DNA of 64,000 nt from a virus (Duplodnaviria; Caudoviricetes). The stretch's first letter is position 1; each line of letters starts with the position of its first letter. Below the pieces are notes generated by a model that saw nothing but the letters and a program-made list of their open reading frames with translations, had not been told where the DNA came from and searched no databases. The stretch spans positions 96,001 to 160,000 of IMG/VR virus record IMGVR_UViG_3300031994_000010; one strand, 5' to 3'. Positions 51,292 through 61,728 of the stretch are shown piece by piece. The translations under genes and the position numbers were made by a program.

Positions 51292-51795
51292 TCATTTTTG
51301 TGGTCCAAATGCATGAACTTCACAGAGGAAACTCACAAGGTTTGAATACTTGAGCTTGCCACAATCACTGTGGTCTTGCTCAGTATCATTAAGCAGAGCT
51401 TTGAGAGTCTGGTCAATCCATACAGGATTGTTAGCAAACTCTCGCCAACAACTCTGCTTGAGAGCTTTTACAGCATCCTGCATAGCCTTGAAGGAAGGTA
51501 CATTGAATTGACCAATGCTTCCATCCTTACGGCGGTACTCAATATGACCACCCTCATCTGAGTAAATCACATCGTCAAGATGACGAATGAGATTCTCTTG
51601 ACACGCACGCATACGTCTTTCGAGAGAAGCAATCATACGCTTAGAGAATGACCCAATAAGGTCAAATACCCAAGCCTCTCTCTTCTTTCGAGCTGAGTCG
51701 ATGTCAAAATCAGAACCAGCTCGATTAACGAACGGAACTTGTACAGTCAGATTCAGTTCTGTGTACTCAGGATAGACATTAATCTTTGTCTCCAC
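51292..51795 (-). CDS. hypothetical protein
   Basis: 167 aa ORF, GTG start. Confidence 0.65.
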   Translation of the reverse strand: METKINVYPEYTELNLTVQVPFVNRAGSDFDIDSARKKREAWVFDLIGSFSKRMIASLERRMRACQENLIRHLDDVIYSDEGGHIEYRRKDGSIGQFNVPSFKAMQDAVKALKQSCWREFANNPVWIDQTLKALLNDTEQDHSDCGKLKYSNLVSFLCEVHAFGPQK

Positions 51796-54196
51796 GGTTG
51801 TTAACTACAGGATAGATGCTGTAGTACCATCAAAACGCATGATAATGCACACGAAACATACCCCCATATTGGTGGCCGTCACAACCCCTCTACCTGACTA
51901 GGGAAAGCTTACTATACTTCTGCTTTTACGTATCTTGTTAAAGATATTTAAAGAAGAATAATTGGAGTTTCTCAGTTAAGAGTTCTTCCGTTGCCCAAAA
52001 GTAATTAAAGCGGGACGACTACAATGTACCTATCTATTGTACTATCCGGACATACCGGTCCAATTATTTAAAGTGTAGCTCTCAAAAGTATCTATAGACA
52101 TATAATAACAAATTATTATTGCTTTACACGTGTTTTGATTCACATTAATAAAATATTATTCTATGTATATAATTGTCAATTGAAAAGGAATTCTCCGAAC
52201 TCAGACTTATTGGTATTGCTTGTATTGGTAAGGAGGAAATTCCATGTGAACTCGGTTTCTTTATTATACCGCAATTTAGTTACGGACTCTAATGCTTATG
52301 TTCACATTATTCAGCAAAAGAGAACGTTCGTGAAATAAATTTCTTACACAGCTAGATTGTCTCAAAGAGATTTTTCATAGCATCCTTTGGAAAGCCTTTA
52401 CAGCTATATTATCCTACCTCAGTATTCATTAAATGATACTCCTCCTCAGAAATTTATCACAAACCAATGGAGAGTTTCAGTTATAAGCTCCTATACCACG
52501 TCAAGGTACTCTCATTAATAGGAGATTTCGCCCCATGAAGGGCAGGAATTTCAACCTTAAATTACCCTCTTACGTCTTCGAGGATTATATGCCTAATATT
52601 CATCCGACGTTGCTCCATTTAAAGAGTCGTAAATAGGTCATTATTATCTCCTCACTTCCTTGGAGATCAAGCTTAACATTCGGAGACTCTTCTTGAGTAG
52701 TTAAGTCTACATACGTCAATCTATAGTGCCAGCTATAGACGATACGGAACACAATATACTGGCATATATTGTGAACAATGTAAATGGAGGTCATCCCAAT
52801 TACTTATGGTATTTTTTGATACCAAATCCTCACTCTCATTACCCTACATCTTTACGGATTACCAAGATTTTGGGGATAGTTTTGTTCAGTTTACTTCTCT
52901 ACACTATCAACGGGAAGTCACACCTGCAGAGTGTGAATTGTAAGGAATAGCGCGTCACCTTACTATAACTGTGCACCTTTTCGTTGCTCATTTTATAAAA
53001 TGAGTATCCAAGACAGTCTTAGTAACACACATTATATCGATGGCATTACCAGCACCGCCAAGCTTTTTATTTTACTTCCCCTCTTGGAAATCGGAAGGTT
53101 ACATTTAGCTTACTCCTGATGCCTTTTCTTTACTTCGTAAAGCAAAGTAACCACGTTTAGTTTATACTCCAGTAAGCAAAGAGTTGTGTGGACTAGCTGA
53201 TCACCACACTGTAGGTTCTGACCGCGTGCAACCCTTTAGAGAGGTTATTATACTGTAATGTCAGCCTCTTCTCTCATCGACAACATACAGTACCTAGACA
53301 TGAAACTCTGGCACGAACTAGGATTTTGTGTTTTACGCCTAAAACTTATTCTTTCTCATATCTCGGTATGCAATTTGCAGTCGACCTGACCTGTCAATCA
53401 CATTAGGGAAGAAGTGATTGCTCATAGGCGAATAAGAAACTGGCGTCCTCAACATCTTGGAAATCCCTAGCAACGTGCAATTAAGCCAAGTCGGTGGGAT
53501 ATTTTATATTGAGTTTTTTAAATAACAGGCTACCTGTTTTCTGGTCATCTCCAGAGTATCCTTTTTTATCGTAAAAATGGACAAAAACGAATGGTTTTAT
53601 CTCTCGTTCTAACCAATAACGAATCTACAATGGTTTACCTCTTACCTCTGTTGTAGAACCATACTCTGTGTCTTATACATTTTACACGTGGTCTTGGACA
53701 GTTATTATCACAGCTTTTCCTTCCTACCACATAACTGATTAAGTTCCGTTGTCCCCGGAAACACCGATATTTGTGTATTCTCGATACACTTGGGGCCAGC
53801 ACCTCTTGACCATTACTTGGTTTCGTCCTAGTCTCATCAGAAGAGATTTTTTAACGAGCTCCTAGGCTGCTCAAAAAGAAAAAGTGCCCTATTTTCTCAA
53901 ATAAGGCACTTTTAGTTGTTTCACTAATTAATTTAAATTTTTTATGACGACATTTTTGACTTAAAATTTCTTCCTGAGAGATAAATGTTTTCGTCTTCTG
54001 ATTTACCCCTTAGGAAGAAATTTGAGTAAGTAGTAAGCTCCCCGGTTATTCTGGAGCAGATTCCAGTACCCCACTTCACCCAGGAAACCTATCCAATTCT
54101 TACGTTCCGTTGACCAGTTTGACAACTGAACGGATAACTGAGAGGACACTATGATAGTGCCCTCATCAGTTAATTTGCCGAATAGCGTGAGAAGCC

Positions 54197-54784
54197 TCAC
54201 GCGTAATCAAAGTAAGGCAGTGAAGTCGTACGAATGCCCGATATGACATTCTTAGAAACTCCATTGACCACTTCCTGAGTAAATCGAGCCGTAGAAAGGT
54301 TCTCTTCGACACGCTTCACTACGATCTTCTTGCCTGCCAACAGACGAGCAATAGCACCAATAGTGGCAGCCTTGCGCACATCTTTGCCCAGCTGAGTCAG
54401 TTCAGTAGCTGCTGGATGCTGAACAGGACGTCCGTTGCTGTCACGAACTATTTCAATGGCTCCTGTTACATCGTCCTTCTTGTACTCGAGCACAGTCTTC
54501 TTCAACGTGCTAGCATACAAGAGTTTGCCCTTGCCATTGCAGTCAACCGCGAATGCACCAAGGTCGCGGCCGTTAAATGGACGTACGATACAGCTAGCCT
54601 TGAGCGTCTCAAGGTCTGGCATCTGAACTTCATCACCCTCATTCCACTGAGCTTCCGACGGATCAGTGTTAGGGATTTTGTCGAGTGCCTCATAAGCACT
54701 AATTCCAACCTTGGTACCCTTCTCTGCAGAGTACCTGTCGACGATGACCTGTGCGGCCTCGCTGATGTTAGTTTTCTTTTCCAT
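54197..54784 (-). CDS. hypothetical early protein
   Basis: 195 aa ORF, visibly higher GC. Confidence 0.75.
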   Translation of the reverse strand: MEKKTNISEAAQVIVDRYSAEKGTKVGISAYEALDKIPNTDPSEAQWNEGDEVQMPDLETLKASCIVRPFNGRDLGAFAVDCNGKGKLLYASTLKKTVLEYKKDDVTGAIEIVRDSNGRPVQHPAATELTQLGKDVRKAATIGAIARLLAGKKIVVKRVEENLSTARFTQEVVNGVSKNVISGIRTTSLPYFDYA

Positions 54785-54860
54785 TTGTGAAAAAATTTTT
54801 AAAGTGTAACTGTAAATGTGTGCTCCCTGTTTAACGCACAGGGAGCAAAAGCGTTATAGA

Positions 54861-55295
54861 TTACTTACGGTATACCTTAATTACACCGTTCTCCTCAAGA
54901 GCGGCAAGATTAAGGGTCGTAGTGTTGTTCTCGTCAATCAAGACTTTCTGGATTGTATAGTCCTCAGTCTGACGACTGTACCCAGCACCGTAGTAGGTAG
55001 CTTTATCCGCCTCTTCCTGAGTCTTGAACCAGCGCTCCACAGCACGCTCATAACTTACTTCCAACTGTAAACGAGAAGATAAGCGAATGTCCTTGATTTT
55101 ACAGCAATTCGGGGAAACTGCTCCCATCAACTGCCCCTTATCTAATACCTCGAATGAAATAGGTATTCCTAGGATTAACGTCTCAAGAGCTTCCTCACCA
55201 GACTGACCAGCAGCGAAGATAGAACAAATACGGTTCTCGAATTCTTCATGGTTCTTCTGAGAAGCTACCACGAATTTTGTAATAGTCTTATTCAT
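54861..55295 (-). CDS. hypothetical early protein
   Basis: 144 aa ORF. Confidence 0.7.
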   Translation of the reverse strand: MNKTITKFVVASQKNHEEFENRICSIFAAGQSGEEALETLILGIPISFEVLDKGQLMGAVSPNCCKIKDIRLSSRLQLEVSYERAVERWFKTQEEADKATYYGAGYSRQTEDYTIQKVLIDENNTTTLNLAALEENGVIKVYRK

Positions 55296-55458
55296 TGTTT
55301 TTAGGTATTATACATAATTTTCTCTCTATAAATGGTAGCTGTTATACAATTGGCTTACATTCTCGTAACCGAAGGTTACGAAAACTCGTTTCGTGTCGCA
55401 CGAAACGACACAAAACGAGTGAAAAGAGAAAAGGAATGAAACAAAAGAAAAGAGCCGT

Positions 55459-55935
55459 TTATGAAAGCGGCTCAGTTCCCACAAAACGAGACAACATCTC
55501 AACCCCGTTGCTATAATAGTCTTTTTTGACTATTATTTTGCATTTCCAGTTTGCTGTCTTTAATAGGTCATAAAGCTGGGTCGGTGTCGTGGATGTCTCC
55601 ACAACTCCCTTGCTTTCTAAAACTCCACCTTCAGCCAGAGGCTGGATTTTAGAACGACTCTTAAAAACTTTTTCAGTAGCGAAAAAGATTTTTCCAGATT
55701 TCTCGCCTTTTAGGGCAAAACATGGGAATGCCGCATCGGTGCCGTTAATTTGGCATGGGACTTTGCGAAGCCCTGCAAACGTCACCGACTCACCGTCAAT
55801 GAGTTCGCAGATATTCAACATTTTAGACGCGTGACGGGTGTCAGCATCTTTTAACAATTCTTCGGCAGCCTTTTTGCCAGCCTTGGTGCTTTCGTCAATT
55901 TCGACAGGCGCACCCATAATCTTAAATGTACTCAT
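55459..55935 (-). CDS. hypothetical early protein
   Basis: 158 aa; first gene of the leftward arm. Confidence 0.7.
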   Translation of the reverse strand: MSTFKIMGAPVEIDESTKAGKKAAEELLKDADTRHASKMLNICELIDGESVTFAGLRKVPCQINGTDAAFPCFALKGEKSGKIFFATEKVFKSRSKIQPLAEGGVLESKGVVETSTTPTQLYDLLKTANWKCKIIVKKDYYSNGVEMLSRFVGTEPLS

Positions 55936-56045
55936 AAAAAAATTAAATTAAGAATGAAACAAAACGGGGAAAATAGTTTATTTTGTTGTGATACCCCTTA
56001 TGTAATATAGACATACTACTTTTGACTTATTTTCCATATCCGAAG

Positions 56046-56254
56046 CCCCGGGGGGCTGACGGATATGTGGACTCTCCCTCCCATACCTTACAAAATTTTT
56101 CTACAAAGAAAATAGACTCCCTCGTCCACAACTTTCAAGAAAATTTTCTCCACAAAAATTCGTTGGACTCTCTCCCTCACAACTCTCCAAAAATTTTTTC
56201 CACAGTCAACTTTATTTTTCAAAAAAATTTTCCAAAAAGAGACCCCAGGGGGGT
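56046..56254. repeat. degenerate direct repeats (GACTC(T)CCCTC...AAAATTTT) between CCCC-GGGGGG elements
   Basis: three copies near 56070, 56115 and 56166, at the coding strand switch. Confidence 0.55.
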
Positions 56255-56323
56255 CTAATTTAAAGAAGTGTATATCTGAAAAATAAAAATTTTAGTTAAT
56301 GTAACTACCAACTAATCTAGTTT

Positions 56324-56448
56324 CTCTTGGCGCACACGCTTAAGTATATTTCATATAAGTATATATAAGTATACTTTAGCTATCAATCTGTGCGCATATC
56401 ATATCAATCTGTGCGCACTTTATATCACTCTTGGCGCAGACTGCGCAC
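56324..56448 (+). repeat. iteron-like repeats, candidate replication origin
   Basis: TATCAATCTGTGCGCA at 56381 and 56402, TATCACTCTTGGCGCA at 56423 (21 bp period); CTCTTGGCGCA at 56324; AT-rich spacer. Confidence 0.65.
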
Positions 56449-56536
56449 AGGATGACATAATATTAAAAAATGTTAAAAATTTGATTTTTAATAAAATAAT
56501 TAATATACTCGTATTAAGTTAAAATTATAAAAAGAT

Positions 56537-57274
56537 ATGGAACAAACAGAAGAAAAAAGGCATGTGCAGTTGCCAAATAATGCAACAAAAAACTCAGAAT
56601 TAACAGCTAAAGATTGGTTGATTTACTTATATATTAAATCCTATAAGAAATCTCCAAATGCAAAGATACATCCATCATTAGAAACACTACATCAGCGTTC
56701 AGGAGCATCAATTAACACTATTAGAAAATGTATTCAGAATTTAGTAGATGCTGGAAAAATAAGAATAGTAAAAAAGGGAAGATCGAATTACTATGAATTT
56801 TTAGATAAATACGATAAATTTGAACCATTTAGTAATGAATTCCTAGATAAGAAGGATTTAACTTTTTTGGAAAAGGCACAATTAGTTGTAAGTCAACAAT
56901 ATTTATTTAAAAATCCAGAAACTGGAGATGGTGTAACAAATTATTCAAATAGACAACTAGCTGAAATCATAAAAATGCCGGAGTCTACAATTAGAAAGAA
57001 TTTAAATAGCCTTATTAATAAAGGATATGTAGAAATTAAAGAAGTAAAAGATGAGTTTACTGGTTTAGTTACAAAACAAAAAATTTATCACCTTACTAAA
57101 CTTGAACAAGCTATTGTCTTTATACTAAAGAATCATGAAGATAGATTAAATGATCAAGAAGATAGATTAACGCAACAAGAACAAGAGTTAAAACAATTAA
57201 AAGAGTTTTTACTTCAGAATCCTGCTCTTAAAGAACAATATAAACAGTTTACAGAGTCTAATATTACTCTTTAA
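56537..57274 (+). CDS. tandem winged-HTH protein, putative replication initiator
   Basis: HPSLETLHQRSGASINTIRKCIQNLVDAG and SNRQLAEIIKMPESTIRKNLNSLINKGY HTHs; C-terminal coiled coil. Confidence 0.7.
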   Translation: MEQTEEKRHVQLPNNATKNSELTAKDWLIYLYIKSYKKSPNAKIHPSLETLHQRSGASINTIRKCIQNLVDAGKIRIVKKGRSNYYEFLDKYDKFEPFSNEFLDKKDLTFLEKAQLVVSQQYLFKNPETGDGVTNYSNRQLAEIIKMPESTIRKNLNSLINKGYVEIKEVKDEFTGLVTKQKIYHLTKLEQAIVFILKNHEDRLNDQEDRLTQQEQELKQLKEFLLQNPALKEQYKQFTESNITL

Positions 57275-57357
57275 TAAATTTTAACACACATTAACTTGTC
57301 TTTAACAATTAAATATATTAAACTTGCATTAGTTAAATAATTAAAAAATATAAATAT

Positions 57358-57687
57358 ATGGAACAAGAAAAAATTGAACAATTAATTGATTAGATACTCA
57401 CAGAGTATCAATTAGAAACTGATGGAGAAGTTTCAGTAGAAGTAACCACAGAAGATAATACCTTTGATATACATATCTCTGGTAAATTGAAAGATAATGA
57501 TTTTGAAAAGTATTTAAAAGGAATGAGCGATGAACTATTTCAAGAAGTTTGTGAAAGGTTTGAAGAAGAAACTGGTATTACCCTCAACGATTTTGCTCAT
57601 GACGTTAATCCCACCCTCTTTAAACAAGTGGTCTCAAAAATCTGTAGAGAAAAAATAATGGACTTGACTAAATTCATTCTTGAATAA
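57358..57687 (+). CDS. acidic hypothetical protein with single TAG at codon 12
   Basis: ATG 57358 MEQEKIEQLID[TAG]ILTEY... in frame with ORF 57487..57687. Confidence 0.7.
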
Positions 57688-57755
57688 TATTAGTGGCCGG
57701 TGATGATAACTAATATATATTTTCTAAGCACCTGAAAGGCATCAGGTGCAAATTT

Positions 57756-58029
57756 TGGCCTATGGTGTAACGGTAGTCACAGGGGACTCTTAAAAAAAGG
57801 AGCATTATAAAGAAATTTATAATTGAACAGTTCGCTAATTCGGTGAAACTCTTATAAAGACAACGCCGAGCAAGGTTTTTAAAACTATGTGTAGAGACTT
57901 TATACGAACTACCTAAGTCGTTAAGATATGGTAAAGACAAAGTCCGGACTACAACAATCATAGATTGGTTATGGTAACATAATGTAGTGAAGAAATCCCT
58001 TAGTCTGGGTTCGAATCCTAGTGGGCCAA
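57756..58029 (+). tRNA. amber suppressor tRNA (CUA anticodon, Gln-type body) split by group I intron
   Basis: 5' exon TGGCCTATGGTGTAACGGTAGTCACAGGGGACTCT (57756-57790) + 3' exon AAATCCCTTAGTCTGGGTTCGAATCCTAGTGGGCCAA (57993-58029); joined GGGGA-CTCTAAA-TCCCT; U1-A72. Confidence 0.8.
57791..57992 (+). ncRNA. compact group I intron (202 nt) in suppressor tRNA anticodon
   Basis: P1 CUCU/GGAG with U.G; AATTCGGTGAAAC, AACGCCGAGCAA, GTGTAGAGACT, AAAGTCC; TATG-GTAA-CATA hairpin; terminal G. Confidence 0.82.
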
Positions 58030-58033
58030 CAAA

Positions 58034-58360
58034 ATGGAAACTACTTTTATTTATAATGGTAAAACAATTACCACTCCGAATCTTCAAAAGAAGTTAAAGA
58101 GAATGAAAATTACAGAAGCGGATATAAAAATTATACCTAATCCGACTAAAGAAGAGACTAAATCTGAATTAGATATTCCGTTAGAAAATTATCACGCTTA
58201 TAAATATCCAGACCAATCATTGTGGCATATTTATATAACTGATAATCCTCCAGATACTATAATATGGAATAATCAAGTTTTAGAAAGGGATATTGCCTAT
58301 GAAGAAAATAATCTTCGATTTCTTAAAGATGAACTTAGAGCAAATAGAATTAGCCTATAA
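58034..58360 (+). CDS. hypothetical protein
   Basis: 108 aa ORF right after the tRNA. Confidence 0.6.
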   Translation: METTFIYNGKTITTPNLQKKLKRMKITEADIKIIPNPTKEETKSELDIPLENYHAYKYPDQSLWHIYITDNPPDTIIWNNQVLERDIAYEENNLRFLKDELRANRISL

Positions 58361-58439
58361 ACTGAGTTTAGAATATGGTCTTACAGATACACAAGAATTT
58401 ATTAATTGGCAAGATAAATTAAATGAATACAGTATAAAA

Positions 58440-58473
58440 TAAAAAAAGGTCGGAGACTGTCCGACCTTTATTT
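58440..58473. terminator. bidirectional terminator between convergent units
   Basis: AAAGGTCGGA/TCCGACCTTT with A- and T-runs either side. Confidence 0.7.
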
Positions 58474-58475
58474 GT

Positions 58476-58934
58476 TTATCTACTAAAATAACACCATATC
58501 TTAGATTCTCCATAAGGATTATCTTCATCGTTAATCCAATTAACTGCTAACTATACCATCTTTTGTTCTAACATCTTATCACTATCTTCAGGAAACCACT
58601 CTTTTAGTAATGGTAACATATCACTACAAATCATATTAAGAGTAACTTCAAAGTCCCACTTATTATAAGGATATATCAGTTTCCTTTTATTCTAAGAGTA
58701 TAAAGATGTAACATCGTCCCAGTATGGCCCATAATGTTTCCGTCCATTCTCTTCGTAATACATTTTAGAAATCTATTCTTTAGCAAATTCTTCATCGAAA
58801 TGTTTACCTTGAGTACTTTCATAAACTTTCTTAGCAAGTTTAGTAAGTTCTTCTTTAGGTACATATTCTTCCATTGCTTCAGAAAGTATTTCCATATTAC
58901 CGCCATACTTCTTTACAATATTTTTAATGTCCAT
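58476..58934 (-). CDS. code-15 hypothetical protein, 152 aa
   Basis: MDIKNIVKKY...HFDEEFAKE[TAG]...YNKWDFEVTLNM...NDED...KIWCY. Confidence 0.75.
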
Positions 58935-59403
58935 TGTTTACAGCTTTTAAAATTTGAGAAAGAGTTGACTCGATTCCACCAATAGATTGTTCGATTCGGA
59001 CAAATCTTTCTTCAGTCTACTACTGCTATTTATAAACTACATCTAGTTCAGCTACTAAACCTTTAGCAACTTCTAATCGTTTCTAACAATTATCTACTCC
59101 ATCTATATAAGTCTAACATTCACTCTCTATAGATTTAAGAATAGAAACTAAAGGAACTTTATCAGTAGCTATTATTATATTAGAATCAGACTACATTTCT
59201 GCAGTCTACTAATCTGCAGGTAATGTCCATATCTTAATTTGTCCTTCGGATTCAATTGAAACATCGACTAACATTGGCTGACCAAACACTGTATTCATTC
59301 TTGGTGGAGTAGCATCCTAAACTACTTTACCCTACTAATAAGATAAATTCTCTTTATTAAGAATGTATACAGGGAATCCTTTTTTCAACTCTTTAAAATT
59401 CAT
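58924..59403 (-). CDS. code-15 coiled-coil protein, 159 aa
   Basis: MNFKELKKGFPVYILNK...; only TAG interruptions; ATGA overlap upstream. Confidence 0.75.
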
Positions 59404-60302
59404 GAATTAGTACTCGACTAAGTTTCTTTAGTTAAAGTTACTGCATATCCAGGAACATAAGCCTGAGGATATGTAGGCAACTAATGAGCAGCAATAGCAT
59501 TAACTTGAGCCTATATTGGGGCAACAGCAGCGGCTATAGCAGCTGTATCAGCGGCTTGAATCTCTAAAACATTAAGTCTATCACGAAGAGCATTCTTTTC
59601 TTCAAGTAAGTCAGCATATCTACCTTGTTCCCAAGCGTTTCTAAATGCATCAATAGATGCGCGAGTCAGAGTATTCTCTGCTCTCATTCCAGTGAGTAAG
59701 TCTTGTGTCTAATTAATTGTACGAATCTAATTCTCGTAACCCTAATTAGTAATAGCACTATTTAAAGTGTTAGTCTACTGAACAGTCTATAACTAGTTCT
59801 AGAAACCAGACTACTGAACTTCAGTTCTTAAAGTGCAGCAACAATCTTTTAAACTTTGAATTATATTCAAGTTACCAGAAGCAACTGCATTTTGTACACC
59901 AACAATACTCAGACCTGTTTGAGCAGCGGTTTGAGCTATACCCATATTTACAGAATTAATAGCTTGAACTATTGCATTATAATCAACATTTAAATTCTAA
60001 GCTAATTGAGACTGTGCAAATTGATTACCCTACAGAGCACTCAGTATAGAATCAGTACTTTGGTTCTAAGAGATTTGATTAGCTAAAGCATTTAATTTAG
60101 CATCTACATCGGTTGCTACGACTGCTCCAGCTACTCCACCTCCACCATTTCCGAATCTGTTACCGAACCCACCATTCTAAAAAATGGAAAGCAAGATTAA
60201 ATAAGCCCAAGGGTTATTAAACATAGAGTTCTACTGCATAGCCAGCATACTTGCAGTATCCATTCCTCCAGTAGGAATAGTAATTACTTTATCTTCATTC
60301 AT
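59400..60302 (-). CDS. code-15 Gly/Asn/Gln-rich coiled-coil protein with DCCC motif, 300 aa
   Basis: MNEDKVITIP...NNPWAYLI...GGFGNRFGNGG...DCCC; >12 TAG, no internal TAA/TGA. Confidence 0.8.
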
Positions 60303-60371
60303 AGTTTGTAAAAATTAATTAAAGTTTTAAGGAAAAAATCTGAATACATTTATATTATCTCGCACGTGCAA

Positions 60372-60410
60372 TGCAAACATATAAATAGTATTTTAGAAAA
60401 CCAAATTAAA
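60372..60410 (-). promoter_or_regulatory. Bacteroidetes-type promoter (TTTG ... TAnnTTTG)
   Basis: minus strand TTTGG-N-TATGTTTGC upstream of 60302. Confidence 0.4.
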
Positions 60411-60440
60411 TTTTTTCAACCAGATTGAAGCATAAAGTAA

Positions 60441-60487
60441 AAAAATTAAAGGCCAACTCCAAAATATGGAGCTGGCCTTTTCTTTTT
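60441..60487 (-). terminator. rho-independent terminator
   Basis: AAAGGCCA.CTCCA/TGGAG.TGGCCTTT stem. Confidence 0.6.
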
Positions 60488-60532
60488 GTTTATAAAAAAT
60501 TTTTTAGACTATCTAATACTATAAAAATCTTA

Positions 60533-61546
60533 TTATTGTTCAACCTTAGTCCAACCATATGAGCCAAGGTAATAGTCTCCTGTTCCCATCCATACGTCAT
60601 ATCCACTACTGCCACTTGGCACTGTTAATGTGCCATTGGTTTTGACACTTTGAAATGTACCATTTTGTATTGTAGGTGCTGTTGTTGCTAATGAAGTTAT
60701 ATTTGTTAAAGCACTACAACCATAGAAAGCAGCACCAATGCTTGTAACTCCATTACCAATTGTTACACTTGTCAAACCAATACATTCGTAGAAAGCCGCA
60801 TTACCAATACTTATAACACTATCTGGTATTGTTAGTGTTGTTAAACCAATACAATGGCCGAAAGCATTATCACCAATGCTTGTAACACCATTACCTATTG
60901 TTACGCTTGTTAAACCTGTACAACTACCGAAAGCATTAAGACCAATTGATGGTGTGGAATCGCCGATTACTACGGTTTTAAGATTCAACCAAAAAGTCTT
61001 AATTGAGGCATTTAATTCACATTTGGCGTTATAGTTTAATACTTCAAGTGCTTCAGTTCCAACGAAAGCCTCATTACCAATGCTTGTAACGCTACTTGGT
61101 ATTGTAATGCTTGTTAAAGCACTGCAATTATAGAAAGCCTTAGTGCCGATGGATGTCACGCTGTTGGGGATAGTGACGGAGGTCAGACCGGTGCAATCAT
61201 AGAAAGCATAATTGCCGATGGATGTAAAAGTATCAGCGATAACAACATGTTTAATTGTTGCTATACTACTGAATAGTGGGGCGTTATTTCCTACTGTCGT
61301 TGGGTCATTAAACTCATACTTTATTATGTGCTCACCCACGCTGTCAAACTGATAAGTTGTCACTACACTATCAAGTAATACACCATCAACCTCAATAGAT
61401 TTTATACTACTATCATAATTAGTACAAATAGTTGTAGGAGCACTTATATCTTGTATATCATAATAAACAACAAGTCTTGTTTCCTATTCTTCTTCCATCT
61501 TAGGAATTGGCACGTGTGCCATTGAATATCCGATTATTTCTTTCAT
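60533..61546 (-). CDS. BspA-type leucine-rich repeat (LRR_5) protein; one TAG at codon 21
   Basis: repeats CTGLTSVTIPNSVTSIG..AF; in-frame ATG 61546 MKEIIGYSMAHVP. Confidence 0.85.
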
Positions 61547-61560
61547 AATTTTTTTTTAAA

Positions 61561-61728
61561 TTAATTAGTTTGTATTGCTTGTATTCTATTTTTATAATTA
61601 CTCAAAACAGATGCCGCTTTATAAGCACTAACTGACCCTGCTGGTACATAGATAGTAACAGCATTTTTCCAAGAGTTATCATCTGGAGTCTATAAAAATG
61701 GTGATATACTATTAAATTTATTATTCAT
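61561..61728 (-). CDS. 55 aa LRR C-cap remnant (code 15)
   Basis: MNNKFNSISPFL[TAG]TPDD...TIYVPAGSVSAYKAAS...RIQAI. Confidence 0.55.

Noticed and set aside
57710-58087. 125 aa minus-strand ORF
   Set aside because: Antisense to the suppressor tRNA and its intron; similar spurious ORFs overlay the other introns (21755..21988, 48286..48516)
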